This document shows positions 1 to 10,361 of a stretch of DNA of 44,012 bases, in pieces. Origin of the DNA: a virus. The notes under the pieces are model-generated. The model was not told the DNA's origin. It saw nothing but the letters and a program-made list of their open reading frames with translations, and made no database searches. Each line of letters begins with the position of its first letter. The first letter of the stretch is position 1. The translations under genes and the position numbers were made by a program. The stretch spans positions 1 to 44,012 of IMG/VR virus record IMGVR_UViG_3300049217_000078. The stretch is one strand, 5' to 3'.

Positions 1-127
1 AAGAAAGTCGAGGCTAGCCCGTTTTGAAAAAAACTGCAATTGTACTCTATGACGGCAGCTTCTAATTTCATCAAAGTTTCCCAGTCTCCGGCATGTTGAT
101 TGACCAATTCTGAATTACTCAAAGCCA
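1..127. repeat. Terminal overlap copy 1. Bases 1-127 are identical to 43886-44012, so the genome is circularly closed or terminally redundant with a unique length of 43885 bp.
   Basis: Direct comparison of both ends: aagaaagtcgaggctagccc...gaattactcaaagcca is present at both ends. ORFs read continuously across the junction. Confidence 0.95.
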
Positions 128-320
128 CAGTAATATCATTAATCGGCACAGAAACATATTTCATTAATTTAAGCATGACTTCTTGATTCGTTTTATATTC
201 GCTCACTTTTGGAATAGATGTGAGTGGATAATTACAGATAATTTCACGTCCCTCAATTGCTGGGAATTTATGTATGATAAATTTTTTCCCATTAACCTCG
301 ATTTGTTTTGGTTGTAGCAT
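1..320 (-). CDS. Tail assembly chaperone (G-like), 5-prime part. ATG at 320. The ORF runs off the window start and continues at 43885 down to the stop at 43786 (139 aa in total).
   Basis: ATG at 318-320 sits just downstream of the tube gene. Translation: MLQPKQIEVNGKKFIIHKFPAIEGREII...SNSELVNQHAGDWETLMKLEAAVIEYNCSFFQNG. It is the same reading frame as ORF 43786..44007 through the 127-bp overlap. The position between tube and tape measure is the canonical chaperone slot. Confidence 0.75.
   Translation of the reverse strand, partial: MLQPKQIEVNGKKFIIHKFPAIEGREIICNYPLTSIPKVSEYKTNQEVMLKLMKYVSVPINDITVALSNSELVNQHAGDWETLMKLEAAVIEYNCSFFQNGLASTF
27..33 (-). other. Programmed -1 frameshift slippery heptamer T_TTT_TTT (A7 on the plus strand). 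A duplicate copy lies at 43912-43918.
   Basis: The zero frame reads TGC AGT TTT TTT CAA. A -1 slip gives TTT TTT TCA AAA CGG = FFSKR, which is exactly the frame of ORF 43673..43924. That ORF has only a TTG pseudo-start. Confidence 0.65.
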
Positions 321-323
321 TAA

Positions 324-767
324 TTATATCCCCACTTTATTTTCAAAACTAAATGAATAAGTTTTGGACTTTAATCGCCCTTCCGTTGAGATTGAATTAC
401 CCGGCATCCCATCAGTGATAATCCCATTGGTTAAGTTAATAAAATTACCAAAAGGGTAAACTATGTTGATAGTGATGATATCTTTAGCCCCTTGCTTGCC
501 TTTACCAACTCGATTTGCTTCAAACAGAATACCTAGATTTATATCATCGAGGCTATTAGGTACTACGCTGATGCTAGCTTTGATCGGGTTTGCTTTAGAC
601 CAGGTTATTAGATCTCCATTTAGACCCATGGTAGAATCCCCAGCTTGTAAGCTAGGGATATCAATAGGGTCCGCGTCATCAGCAAATTGCGTTATTACAA
701 ATCCAACCGGAAAAGTATTTGACGCTTTTACTGTGACGACTGCACCAAAACCAGTTATATTAGTCAT
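324..767 (-). CDS. Tail tube protein
   Basis: 147 aa, immediately downstream of the sheath gene and upstream of the chaperone. Size and position are typical of a myovirus tube protein. Confidence 0.75.
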   Translation of the reverse strand: MTNITGFGAVVTVKASNTFPVGFVITQFADDADPIDIPSLQAGDSTMGLNGDLITWSKANPIKASISVVPNSLDDINLGILFEANRVGKGKQGAKDIITINIVYPFGNFINLTNGIITDGMPGNSISTEGRLKSKTYSFSFENKVGI

Positions 768-780
768 GCCTTAACTCCCT

Positions 781-2676
781 TTAGATCAATACTTGTTGTC
801 CGGTTATTAAATTAATATCATCGTCTTTACTGTAAATTAATGTATATTCCGCTTTATATTCAGTCAAACCGGTATTTGAATTAGTATAGGGGACGATTAC
901 ACAATTTACCCAGTAGCCTATGGTTTGTACTTGGTACCACGCATTTGGATCGCCCGTGGTAGAAGTAACAAAAGCTTTTTGCGAAGGAGTTAAAGTTTTA
1001 TTAGCGCTAATCGTGCCGTTATTTGTAGCTTCTTCTATGACGGATTGTAAAACTGCCAGTATTTGACTTTGACCCTGCGCATTTGCAGAAACTCTATTTT
1101 GAGTTAATAACAAATTAATCAAAGATGATTGCATTGCATCTTTTAGCCACGATTCATTAGCATAAATATTTAAAAACTGAGGAGCGCTAGCCGGACCTTG
1201 CATTAACCCTCTTTGGTAAAAAGCAAGTAGAGATCCAGCGGTTTGAGTTACTCCGTAGTAATTGACCCTTAACCCATCGTAAAAATTAGCAGTAACATCA
1301 TCCATGACGCTAGGGGTTAGTGAAGATTGTTGATACATATAATTTTGTACAGAATTTGGCTGATCATAATTGGTAGCGGCTTCAATCATCATTGGAAATT
1401 GTTCGGGGTATTCCGTAGACAAAGGCGCCAACGTAATTTCAGTTCCAGCAAAATTGCTAAGTACATTAGTGTAAGCAATCGCCAGAGTTTCATTCAGAAC
1501 AGGAACATGATAAATATAAGCCACGTTTTGAGTAGAATTCCATTGAGCAATCGCTGTGATATCGTCAAGACTAAGCGAATCAATGAATAAAAAAGATCCG
1601 AAGTTGTTAGAAGTAGCCGCAGAAGCAATCACTGCATCTAATGGGGTCGGAGCCGTTAAGCCATTTACCCATACCAATGTAGGACCACTTACCCAGCCTA
1701 GAGTATTTCCGATTGGTGTTCCTGCCACTCCTTCTTGCACACTAATGGTCACGTCGTCAGCTTCGCCACCCAAAAAGTTAAAGCTTCCTCGAGAAGTATC
1801 ATATGTAACTGTGGCTGAAGTCCATTGAGTACCGCCATCCGTTATTGCGCGAATTGAGTTTTGGATAGTTCCGGCAACATTCGCGAGAGTAGTATCTCCC
1901 GTAAAATCAATCCCAGTAAGCGCTTGAGTAAAATTGCCGATCGTTAAAGTAAAACTTCCGTCCGTCGTGCCTGTATATAGACCGGCACTTTGTGATTGGA
2001 TATTGCCCAAAATCTGAGGAGCTGTGGCACCCACTCCGTCTGAAACTATCAAAGTTGGACCGGCAACCCACCCTAAAAGATTACCAATTGGTTGCCCAAA
2101 AGTTCCTTCCGTGACTTGAATTACCGCAGGTGCACTATCCGATCCACCTTGCAAATTAAAGCTCCCTCTTACTGGGTCAAAAACAACCGTTGCCGCCGAC
2201 CATACTGCTATAGAAGGAAAGGCTGCTCGGATAGAAGTTTGAAGGATAGCCGCAACATCTGACAAACTGGCGGCCGCGGTAAAATCAAAAGCCGAAAAGT
2301 TAGCCGTGTGATCGCCCAGGGTGAGGCCCATCGTACCGCCGGTAATAGTATTGTACAAACTTATTGACTGAGGTTGAATATTGCCAAATATTTGAGGGAA
2401 AGTAGCCCCGGTCACATACCTTGCATAATCGATAGAAGGGGGGATTGTCCCGTTTTTACTAACCCACCCGAAATAATAGACCGCTCTTGAGTATTCCGGG
2501 GAGCTTGTCCCAAACCAACTACCCACCTCTGCAGCATTGGTAAAACTGATAAATCCGTCAGTAGGTACCAATTCATTTTGTGTAAAAATTCTACCGGTCA
2601 GACTTCTTCGGGGCACGGAAGAACCAGCACCGACACTGGATATAATGTCTACATATCTAGTTATTGAAATTGCCAT
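781..2676 (-). CDS. Contractile tail sheath protein with an internal tandem domain duplication
   Basis: 631 aa, adjacent to the tube gene. The N-terminus MAISITRYVDIISSVGAGS resembles DUF3383-type sheath proteins (from recollection; needs an HMM check). Residues about 93-218 and 220-340 are about 45 percent identical. Confidence 0.75.
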   Translation of the reverse strand: MAISITRYVDIISSVGAGSSVPRRSLTGRIFTQNELVPTDGFISFTNAAEVGSWFGTSSPEYSRAVYYFGWVSKNGTIPPSIDYARYVTGATFPQIFGNIQPQSISLYNTITGGTMGLTLGDHTANFSAFDFTAAASLSDVAAILQTSIRAAFPSIAVWSAATVVFDPVRGSFNLQGGSDSAPAVIQVTEGTFGQPIGNLLGWVAGPTLIVSDGVGATAPQILGNIQSQSAGLYTGTTDGSFTLTIGNFTQALTGIDFTGDTTLANVAGTIQNSIRAITDGGTQWTSATVTYDTSRGSFNFLGGEADDVTISVQEGVAGTPIGNTLGWVSGPTLVWVNGLTAPTPLDAVIASAATSNNFGSFLFIDSLSLDDITAIAQWNSTQNVAYIYHVPVLNETLAIAYTNVLSNFAGTEITLAPLSTEYPEQFPMMIEAATNYDQPNSVQNYMYQQSSLTPSVMDDVTANFYDGLRVNYYGVTQTAGSLLAFYQRGLMQGPASAPQFLNIYANESWLKDAMQSSLINLLLTQNRVSANAQGQSQILAVLQSVIEEATNNGTISANKTLTPSQKAFVTSTTGDPNAWYQVQTIGYWVNCVIVPYTNSNTGLTEYKAEYTLIYSKDDDINLITGQQVLI

Positions 2677-2691
2677 ATTAATAGTACTCCC

Positions 2692-3231
2692 TTAAACCCT
2701 AAAAATGTCATACTCAACGTGGTCAATAGCGTTACCGGTAGAAACCCTAGTTTGCGTATGCGTTAATGTAAAATCAAAACTTGGTGAAGCTTCAAAGTTA
2801 TCCATATCGTCCGTAAAATAACCGTTTGATACTTCTGTTATTCTTAAAATAGCTATACCATTATTGTACAGTATATTTAAAGTATTATCACTCTGCATTA
2901 TTGCTGCTACTTCATTTACTAAATCGGAAGCCGTATATTGATTTGGCGTAGTGGGACTTTGCAAAACTAAAGCTCCTACTTGAAAAGTAGTTTCGTAAGC
3001 TTGTTCTTCTGTATGGACCATATTTTGAGTGACTTGATCCCACACATCATACCTTCGTAAATATCCATATCTGTGATCATTAACTTTGTAAAAGGTAACC
3101 GTGGGGGTGGTGGGTACACCTTGCTGAGTAGGTTGATTTGCTGCAATCGTGCTAATACCGCTAAATCCATCTGCCACGAGACCGGCTTGAATTATAGGTA
3201 AAAATACTTGTATTAATTGATTGTCTAACAT
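2692..3231 (-). CDS. Structural protein, possibly tail terminator or completion
   Basis: 179 aa, between the neck genes and the sheath gene. Assigned by position only. Confidence 0.35.
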   Translation of the reverse strand: MLDNQLIQVFLPIIQAGLVADGFSGISTIAANQPTQQGVPTTPTVTFYKVNDHRYGYLRRYDVWDQVTQNMVHTEEQAYETTFQVGALVLQSPTTPNQYTASDLVNEVAAIMQSDNTLNILYNNGIAILRITEVSNGYFTDDMDNFEASPSFDFTLTHTQTRVSTGNAIDHVEYDIFRV

Positions 3232-3235
3232 TTAA

Positions 3236-3610
3236 TCAACCACCTGATTTAATTAAACAACACAAAACCCCTTTCCATCCATCTACCGCAAACCAATCGT
3301 TATTGGATTCACATTGAAATCTTTGTCCATTAAAAACTATTTGATCATTCGAAACGTCTCTTTGCAAATCAATTATGTTGTTTAGTGTATAAAAAGTGTA
3401 ATAATTTTTTTGAAAATCAAGACCGTAAGCTTGGTATAAATTACGAGGAACTGCTTGAAAACTACCTCGTATATTTTGAGGGTCAGCGTATGTAGTCACA
3501 TATTGTCCAACGCTGTTTGTGGTTCGACCAGTAGCTAAATAATATGCAATAATCTGACTTTTTATCACACCTAATGCAATTTTTAATAAATTAGAGCCGG
3601 GAACGTTCAT
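3236..3610 (-). CDS. Structural protein (neck or tail completion candidate)
   Basis: 124 aa with a TAATG junction to the upstream gene. Assigned by position only. Confidence 0.35.
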   Translation of the reverse strand: MNVPGSNLLKIALGVIKSQIIAYYLATGRTTNSVGQYVTTYADPQNIRGSFQAVPRNLYQAYGLDFQKNYYTFYTLNNIIDLQRDVSNDQIVFNGQRFQCESNNDWFAVDGWKGVLCCLIKSGG

Positions 3611-4122
3611 TATTTGTCCTCTACTACATTAATGAGTGTAGCCAGCATATGACCCGTATCTACTAGAGGTTTGTATAAATTTCCAATTTCTTCTCTTGTG
3701 TATGGGCGACTTTTGACGCCTATACCTTTACGGCTTAATCTAGCTTGAATAGTGCTAAATTTTAAAGAGGGCGTATAAATTTGAGTTATTTTCTTTCTAA
3801 CATTTCCCGCCGCATTTTGCCCAATAGATTCCATTAATTTATAGGGCGTTGATTTCCCTTCAAGTATTAATTTTGATTCGAATTTAGCAATTCTATTCCA
3901 GGTATTTTTATACTTAATTACCGTCGGCCGCATAAACGGCCTGGGCGGAATATTTTTCGGAGAATAGCCATACTCTTGTATGGTTGCCACATAAGCCACT
4001 TGCGTTCCGTCTGGGTATTTTGCTCCTTGAAACCAACCCACTTTTCCAACTTTATTGCCTAAAGTTTTTAAAGCGACTTCTAGTGCGGCCCTGTTTTTTC
4101 CTTGGACTCTGCGAACATTCAT
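3610..4122 (-). CDS. Head-tail joining protein, HK97 gp10-like
   Basis: 170 aa. The segment VAYVATIQEYGYSPKNIPPRPFMRPT matches the gp10-family pattern (EyG ... rPFm.p). Confidence 0.6.
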   Translation of the reverse strand: MNVRRVQGKNRAALEVALKTLGNKVGKVGWFQGAKYPDGTQVAYVATIQEYGYSPKNIPPRPFMRPTVIKYKNTWNRIAKFESKLILEGKSTPYKLMESIGQNAAGNVRKKITQIYTPSLKFSTIQARLSRKGIGVKSRPYTREEIGNLYKPLVDTGHMLATLINVVEDK

Positions 4123-4562
4123 CCGAATAGACCTCCAACTCGTCTAAATGCCGATAATTCCGGTAAGCCCCCTGTCCAAAACCCTCCAACGGACCTACTA
4201 GAAAGAAGAGTTAGCAATTGTCCGCCATAGGGGGAAGTATTTAACCACCATTGCCATTGATTTTTTATAGGAGGCGGTGTCAGTCCCACTGAAATTTTAT
4301 CAATAGTTGCATTATTAACAATGGTTGGCACTTCCCCCGCTGCGATTAGGTCTGAGATATACAACAAATGGGCCGTCATCAGATTAATAGCTAGAACCCT
4401 ACAAGTCCCTTGCAGACACCCATAATTTAAATCAGATATATAACACGTGGCCATATCCCAGTACATTTGTAATAACGCATCAGGATATGTGGTCGCATTT
4501 GAATACGCCGGAAATTGTTGGCGAAATAAAGTAGGGTCAAAAACCAAAACTGGTATTGTCAC
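4119..4562 (-). CDS. Head-tail connector or head completion protein (DUF4054-like)
   Basis: 147 aa with an ATGA overlap to the downstream gene. N-terminus FDPTLFRQQFPAYSN. Assigned by position after the capsid gene. Confidence 0.45.
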   Translation of the reverse strand: MTIPVLVFDPTLFRQQFPAYSNATTYPDALLQMYWDMATCYISDLNYGCLQGTCRVLAINLMTAHLLYISDLIAAGEVPTIVNNATIDKISVGLTPPPIKNQWQWWLNTSPYGGQLLTLLSSRSVGGFWTGGLPELSAFRRVGGLFG

Positions 4563-4565
4563 TTT

Positions 4566-4952
4566 TTATCCCCTTTTGCGTCTTACTCCTTTCGGAATTG
4601 GCGTACTTTCATCGGCATTCTCATATGATTCTGGAGTGATTGGCGCCGAATTGTCCTTTTTCTTCATATTTGAAACAACTTTGTCCATTTCTGCTTGTTT
4701 CTTTTCTACCGTGATGTGACCTGCTTTAATATGCTCTTTAAAAGAATAGTTGTCTTTTAAAACTTCATAATCTTCGTCATCTATGCTGGTGACGGCCCCA
4801 CGTGGCGTTATCAAATGTTTAGTGGCCACGCCTACTTTTCCATTGATAAGTACTTCATGCTCGATGGTAGCGGGACCATGTTGGCCCGGTTGTGAATCGT
4901 GATATTTAGCATATCGCATGTCGTTAGCTAGTGTTGAATATATATAGTACAT
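4566..4952 (-). CDS. Hypothetical protein (128 aa from the ATG at 4952)
   Basis: The ATG at 4950-4952 is preceded by a GAGGA Shine-Dalgarno (4961-4965). The longer ORF-track version would run through the capsid terminator hairpin. Confidence 0.55.
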   Translation of the reverse strand: MYYIYSTLANDMRYAKYHDSQPGQHGPATIEHEVLINGKVGVATKHLITPRGAVTSIDDEDYEVLKDNYSFKEHIKAGHITVEKKQAEMDKVVSNMKKKDNSAPITPESYENADESTPIPKGVRRKRG

Positions 4953-4972
4953 TATTATTCTCCTCGGGTATG

Positions 4973-4996
4973 AAAACCCGCCCTTTCGAGCGGGGG
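4973..4996 (-). terminator. Rho-independent terminator or attenuator just after the major capsid gene
   Basis: Minus strand: CCCGC-UCGAAAGG-GCGGG followed by UUUUCA. It lies 7 nt after the capsid stop codon (5003-5005). Confidence 0.6.
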
Positions 4997-5002
4997 TATT
5001 TC

Positions 5003-6139
5003 TTAGATCCCAGAATATCGAACAATTGCCCATGGGCGTTTAACCATCACACCTGCTGTGGCATTCGAGTAATCTTCAAGATATCCTTTTGCTAATGTTT
5101 GAACTCCTAACACGTAAAATTTAGCTGGAACATTCTGCATGAAAGTTTTACCGTCATCTGTAGAACGATCTTGAATGGAGTCAGCGTACAAATAAAACAC
5201 GTTTGCGCCGCCATTTGCTGCATTAAGTTCTGGAGCAGAAACAACTCGTACCATTGGGTAAGTTTCTTTCAACCATTGCATTACTGAATAACCAAAGTCA
5301 GTCGTGGTAGATAAACGATCAACAGCCGCGGTAGCTACTGCTAATGTAAGCGGAACTCGGAAGGGGTCAATAACATCCTGAGACTGAGTTCTCAAAGCCG
5401 AAATAGATGTCAAAATATCTTTTTGGATTTCAGCGTATGTTTTCATTGACCACAATGGTGAACCACTAACACCATTTGGGACGTTAACATAAGAAGGTAA
5501 ACCTGGATCATTTAAGAAACCGTAGGTTTGGTTAGCGCCATTGTTATATCCAAAGAAACCGATTAAGTTACGTTCGATTTCTAGGGCTAAAGCGCATGAT
5601 TCTCTTTTTTCTTTAGAAGAATCGATTCTCATACGAGCGCTGCGAGCTTCTTCTAAACGATCAACTTGCATACCTTGCTCAAATCTAACCACAGAACGAT
5701 AGTTAAAATTTGTGTTCCAACTAGCTTCTGGCACATTTTGCACATCGCCATATGGGCGAGCTCGGTTTGTTAATTCGACGATGCCTTGGACAACTTGTTC
5801 GTCTTCCCAAGAACCCACCACACTCATGCCTATTAAAAGGTCAATATTACGTGCAGCGGTAGTTACATATACAAAACCAGGTAACCATTCTTGCAAAAAT
5901 TGTAAAGGTGTACCAATAGAAGCGGTGGTAACAGTTGGTTGCAATGCGTCCATTGCCCAAGTTTTCATCTGATAAACTTCATCGCCTCGTGGAGCGATAT
6001 TAATGCCGGCTTTGATAAGGGCTCTATACTCTTGACAAAATTTAATCTTTTCATCTTTAGTCATTGCATCAGTTGCCCAGGCCGAGAAACCACGCGCCGG
6101 AAACGATGTGTGTATTGTTGAAACTCTTTGGCTTTGCAT
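5003..6139 (-). CDS. Major capsid protein
   Basis: 378 aa, downstream of the scaffold-like gene and a small structural ORF, and followed by an attenuator hairpin. It resembles DUF2184-type capsid proteins that co-occur with DUF2213 (from recollection). Confidence 0.75.
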   Translation of the reverse strand: MQSQRVSTIHTSFPARGFSAWATDAMTKDEKIKFCQEYRALIKAGINIAPRGDEVYQMKTWAMDALQPTVTTASIGTPLQFLQEWLPGFVYVTTAARNIDLLIGMSVVGSWEDEQVVQGIVELTNRARPYGDVQNVPEASWNTNFNYRSVVRFEQGMQVDRLEEARSARMRIDSSKEKRESCALALEIERNLIGFFGYNNGANQTYGFLNDPGLPSYVNVPNGVSGSPLWSMKTYAEIQKDILTSISALRTQSQDVIDPFRVPLTLAVATAAVDRLSTTTDFGYSVMQWLKETYPMVRVVSAPELNAANGGANVFYLYADSIQDRSTDDGKTFMQNVPAKFYVLGVQTLAKGYLEDYSNATAGVMVKRPWAIVRYSGI

Positions 6140-6151
6140 GTTATCTCACTC

Positions 6152-6664
6152 CTATGATGCTAGTATGATTAATTTTGGATCAACTGTAATAACAGCTAAA
6201 CCCGCACCCGACACCGTGTAAAAATTCACGTATGCGTTTGCAAAAGTGCTGCCGCCCGGTACTGGTGTTGCGGGGGTAATTGTAGAAATCACGCCTGTCG
6301 TGTTGTTGAAAATTACATAATCGCCAATCGCCGCAGCACCTGGTAACGTAACAACAATGTCACCCATTGTTAATAAATCGGCCTGTGTGTTATTAGGCAA
6401 AGTTAAAGATGGAACTAAAGTTTGCCCACCTGTTGCAAACAATGCATATTGTTTAGGATCTATTAAGAACCCAGCAAATACACCAGTTCCACCAGCTTGT
6501 GCGATCCCTTCGCTAACAACCGTATAAGCGGTTGCGCCAATAATATTTAAAGAAGAAGTTGTAGATTGTAAAATGTACGATTGAGCACGCGTGGGGCTAT
6601 CTGTATATAGTTCCCCCGGCACTCCAAATCCCGATAAACGAGCAACTGTAGTTTGGAAACCCAT
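6152..6664 (-). CDS. Small head structural protein (decoration or cement candidate)
   Basis: 170 aa, rich in Gly, Ala and Thr, located between the scaffold and capsid genes. Confidence 0.4.
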   Translation of the reverse strand: MGFQTTVARLSGFGVPGELYTDSPTRAQSYILQSTTSSLNIIGATAYTVVSEGIAQAGGTGVFAGFLIDPKQYALFATGGQTLVPSLTLPNNTQADLLTMGDIVVTLPGAAAIGDYVIFNNTTGVISTITPATPVPGGSTFANAYVNFYTVSGAGLAVITVDPKLIILAS

Positions 6665-6666
6665 GA

Positions 6667-7980
6667 TTATTTACCCCCTTGAAGTGCTTTAGAAATATAC
6701 GCGTCTACTGAACTGGAGGATATTTCCACGCTGTCCATAGCCGCCGCTTGAGGTACAGTCTTAGAAGCCGCTAAATACCCTTCCAATACCGAGCTCTCAT
6801 GTCCTTTTTTGCATTTTAATCCTAGTTTTTTGATTCCATATTGCGCAACTTCTTCTGAGGTTTTATCAGAATGGTCAAAAGTACCGATAACATTAGATAA
6901 TCTTTTTGCCAAAGAATCACGGGCAGAAACTTCTCTCATCAAAGCTTTCATGTCCATACCGTGCGAATCTTTAGGTTTGCTCATGTCACCTGGTTTTTCA
7001 TCCTTTATTTCAATTTTTTCTTCTTCCTCTTCATCTTCTTCCTCTTCCGTGTCTTCATATTCATCTTCGTCTGCCGCTTTCTTTTCTATAATCTCTTTGT
7101 CCGGTTCTACATCGGCAACCGCTTTAGAACCCATCATCTCTGTCATGCATTCTTTCAATTCTTTAACCATGGCATGAAGAGATTCCAAAGTAACTTCTTC
7201 GTCCATCCCTTTTTTTTCAGCTTCTTTTTCCATTTTTTGAAACTCCTTTGCGTCTAGTGTAATTCGAAAATCTTTACCGTCTAATACTGCAACATCAGGT
7301 CCTGCCCTTCCTTCTTCAACTAGCGCAACGTGGTTGCCTCTAATTTCACGCTGAATGGCATCATATGGTTGACCATTATACACACCTGGAACCAAATCAT
7401 ACAAGCACCGGTAACCTATGCTGAGTTCTTTTTTTCCACTTTTGATTAAATTCATCAATTTCTCTGAAAAAACTTTAATGTTGCCTTTCAGGTATTCGCC
7501 ATCAAATTCAATTTCTTCTCCAATTACACCTTGCACCCCTTTTTTCTCAGCAGGCGTTAAACCTTCTTCAGAAGCACCGAGCATAACGTGATCATCTATC
7601 CAGGGAAGTAGTCTAAAAGATTTCAATGTTTCTTCATTAGATAACTCATCCGCGGGGCGATATACGTTGTAGATTTTTTCAGGTTCTAACGATTCATCGA
7701 TGGTTTTACCTAGATATGGAAACACCCCAACTTTGGACAATGGATTTTCTTTAATTTCGTACCAGCCATTAGTATCTACTAATCTTTTAGTATTAAAATT
7801 TTCTAAATTATTTTCTGAGTTAAATTGCACGATGTTTTCTCCAATAATTGGAGAATCTTTTCCTTGGCGCTGTTTGTTGTAGGCAATTGCAACAGCTTGT
7901 TTTTCTGGGTAACCAGAATTAACTAATTCTGCTATGTTTTTAGAAAGAATTTTCTTGCCTTTGCCTGCTTTTAATGGCAT
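6667..7980 (-). CDS. Scaffolding or prohead core protein (DUF2213-like) with an acidic tract
   Basis: The ATG at 7978-7980 is preceded by GGAGAGG and lies 1 nt after the upstream stop. The protein has a long acidic run, [26 protein letters not shown]. Its position between the head morphogenesis and capsid genes fits a scaffold role. Confidence 0.6.
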   Translation of the reverse strand: MPLKAGKGKKILSKNIAELVNSGYPEKQAVAIAYNKQRQGKDSPIIGENIVQFNSENNLENFNTKRLVDTNGWYEIKENPLSKVGVFPYLGKTIDESLEPEKIYNVYRPADELSNEETLKSFRLLPWIDDHVMLGASEEGLTPAEKKGVQGVIGEEIEFDGEYLKGNIKVFSEKLMNLIKSGKKELSIGYRCLYDLVPGVYNGQPYDAIQREIRGNHVALVEEGRAGPDVAVLDGKDFRITLDAKEFQKMEKEAEKKGMDEEVTLESLHAMVKELKECMTEMMGSKAVADVEPDKEIIEKKAADEDEYEDTEEEEDEEEEEKIEIKDEKPGDMSKPKDSHGMDMKALMREVSARDSLAKRLSNVIGTFDHSDKTSEEVAQYGIKKLGLKCKKGHESSVLEGYLAASKTVPQAAAMDSVEISSSSVDAYISKALQGGK

Positions 7981-7981
7981 C

Positions 7982-8860
7982 TTATATTTCCTCTCCGTTT
8001 TCAAACTCTATTACCGGTAGCATAGTACACCGGCAATTTATGGCTTGGCCAGGGATTTGACCATTTACAAATCCTTCTTCGCCTTTTAGCGGTAGATCAT
8101 CAAAACTAAAGATCTTACCATCTAATTTCATATGGGAAATTCTTGGGTGTTGGCCACCACCAGAATGAATCCATTCAAATTTTTTAACACCTATAGATTG
8201 CATTCTTTGTTTATTAATTGTGTTATAGGCTTTTCTTGTTTGATCTAAAGCCAATAATGACACACGTCGGTCAGATTGTCCACTGTACTTTTTTATTTCT
8301 GGTTCTAAATCAGCCAGCCCATTTCCAGAAGTGATTGACCGCATTACCGCGCCAGATACTTTATCTAGGTACTCGGAAGGTATTGATTTAATCAAAGATA
8401 CATTCTCATTGATTATTGCTTGACTTACTTCTTCCATTCCTTTGGGGACTACACCCGTATTTAAAGATAAGCCGCCGCTTAATTGTTTTAGACTAGTTTT
8501 GAGATTTGATTGACTAGTTTTTAAAGTTTTTTCTAACATTCCTTCAGCCAGTTCTTTAGCTTTTGAATTAAAAAGTTTCTCGAATTTAGACATTAATTCA
8601 TTTAAAAGTTTTTTAGACTTTGAAGTTATACTAGCATCCATAGCGGCTTTTTTTTGTTGTTTAAAAAATTGCTTAGAATTATCACTTCTGAATAGATCCA
8701 GTATCTTTTTTTGTGACTCCGATATCATCAATCTAGTTAATTTCATCAATTCTCTTTTATATTTTAATTGATCACTTACATTATAATTCAAACGAGTTCC
8801 TTTTATGGCAACATTTCTTTTGCCAACCCAACTCGATTTTTTATTAGTAAGCTTAAGCAT
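7982..8860 (-). CDS. Head morphogenesis protein (SPP1 gp7 / Mu F-like)
   Basis: The C-terminal motif [22 protein letters not shown]...[10 protein letters not shown] is typical of this family. The start was chosen at MLKLTNKK (8858-8860), which overlaps the portal stop. Confidence 0.8.
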   Translation of the reverse strand: MLKLTNKKSSWVGKRNVAIKGTRLNYNVSDQLKYKRELMKLTRLMISESQKKILDLFRSDNSKQFFKQQKKAAMDASITSKSKKLLNELMSKFEKLFNSKAKELAEGMLEKTLKTSQSNLKTSLKQLSGGLSLNTGVVPKGMEEVSQAIINENVSLIKSIPSEYLDKVSGAVMRSITSGNGLADLEPEIKKYSGQSDRRVSLLALDQTRKAYNTINKQRMQSIGVKKFEWIHSGGGQHPRISHMKLDGKIFSFDDLPLKGEEGFVNGQIPGQAINCRCTMLPVIEFENGEEI

Positions 8861-10361
8861 CTTCCAGTTCTTCTTGATAATCTTGATCTGGCTCAAATCC
8901 CTCTTCATGCAGCAACCCGTTATAACCAGAATCTGGGTCATTTATTATTCTTTTCCTTTCATCTTCGCCATTTATTGCTCCAACCTCCATCAATATTTTA
9001 CCGGTTTCTGCTTTACCTTTATTTACTAAAGCCTGTTCTTCTTCAGTCATGGCGTCTAATTTCACCCAGTTAATATGAGTTTTTATGGGTTTTATACCTA
9101 ACTTTGGAGCTATTTCAGATAGCATAAGTAAAAGATGATGTCTTTGAACTAAAGGAGTTACCTTTTCTTGTTGCCCCTCCAATTCTTGATGCCAACTAGC
9201 CTCATCGAATTCTCCAGTAGCGTTGAACCCTTTAGGGCTTGTTTCTAATAATTTAGTAGCGGGGGTGTTTGAAGCAGCGGCGACCAATTGAAATTGAGTC
9301 ATAATCACTGTGTCCAATTCTGCCAAAGATGTGTCTAATCGCGCGTACTCATCTTCAAGCCCTATGGTTTTAACTGCATAGTTATCCCTATTATACGCAA
9401 ATTGAGCCATTCTTTTTTCGAAATTTACTTGATTTGCTAAAGCTTCCGTGACGTCGCATTTTATTACATCCGTTCTTTTCGTCATGGCTAGCATCGGTGC
9501 TTCATTAGCAGTACGTTCGGCAGCATATACACGTTCATATATTTTTTGTGGGATAGGAATGCCACCGTATAGATAGGTCGGTTTAAGAATGTCCGGTACT
9601 TCTTCAGTCTTATATATGACTAAATGGGTTCTATGTATTAGTTTACCGGTTATTTGCCACCATGTTGGCTCATAAAAATATTCACTTCCTGGATCTCCCG
9701 CGGCTTTGTCATCTAGCATAAAAGACATCCAATAAGGATCAATTTGAGAAATTCCTTTATATGATCCTGGAGTTATACCATCGGGATTGAACGGTTTATA
9801 ATAATAGTCTTCGTCATCGGAATCCACGATGAACATGGCGATCCTTATTCCGAATATTCTTCCCATTTGTATAAATTCCACCAAGTGGTGGTTAATGTTG
9901 TATTTTAAATCACCTTCTCTAAACTCATTGAGTATTTCGGAATCTAATTCTTCCCCGTTATTAGCTGTAGTTTCATACCCTTTTCTTATTGCATCTTGAG
10001 CAGGTCTCAAACAAGCCTTACTGATAAGCCAATGCTGCGCAAGTAAAGCACAATTTTGATACCCGATAAAGCCTTGCGAGGCATACCATAATAATACGGA
10101 CTCTGATATCCCCGTGGCGTTGTTCAAAGTTTTAAATGACTGCAATGCCGCATCGGAAGCGTGTTTAACCGAATCCATCGTGCCCACCGGAGCTTTTATA
10201 TTTTTAGTGCTAAGCGGTTTAAAAGTATTTTCTAGTAATCCTTCCAATCTCATTTTTAATGAAACATCATTTCTAGTAAAATCAGTAGTAAATACTTTTC
10301 TTTCCGGTTTGATATCTTCCACAATTTGTTTTTTCTTAAAAATATTTTTAAGGAAACGCAT
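8853..10361 (-). CDS. Portal protein
   Basis: 502 aa, between terL and the head morphogenesis gene, with an acidic C-terminus. Possibly a DUF1073-type portal (from recollection). Confidence 0.75.
   Translation of the reverse strand: MRFLKNIFKKKQIVEDIKPERKVFTTDFTRNDVSLKMRLEGLLENTFKPLSTKNIKAPVGTMDSVKHASDAALQSFKTLNNATGISESVLLWYASQGFIGYQNCALLAQHWLISKACLRPAQDAIRKGYETTANNGEELDSEILNEFREGDLKYNINHHLVEFIQMGRIFGIRIAMFIVDSDDEDYYYKPFNPDGITPGSYKGISQIDPYWMSFMLDDKAAGDPGSEYFYEPTWWQITGKLIHRTHLVIYKTEEVPDILKPTYLYGGIPIPQKIYERVYAAERTANEAPMLAMTKRTDVIKCDVTEALANQVNFEKRMAQFAYNRDNYAVKTIGLEDEYARLDTSLAELDTVIMTQFQLVAAASNTPATKLLETSPKGFNATGEFDEASWHQELEGQQEKVTPLVQRHHLLLMLSEIAPKLGIKPIKTHINWVKLDAMTEEEQALVNKGKAETGKILMEVGAINGEDERKRIINDPDSGYNGLLHEEGFEPDQDYQEELEDA

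Noticed and set aside
1-127. The 127-bp terminal repeat as a genuine biological direct terminal repeat
   Set aside because: It cannot be excluded. However, an exact odd-length overlap with a gene reading through it is more simply explained by assembly of a circular or circularly permuted template. It is too short for typical phage direct terminal repeats.
6809-7257. Plus-strand ORFs 6809..7177 and 6961..7257 (poly-Ser / poly-Phe)
   Set aside because: They are antisense shadows of the acidic GAA/GAG-rich tract of the scaffold gene and have an implausible composition.
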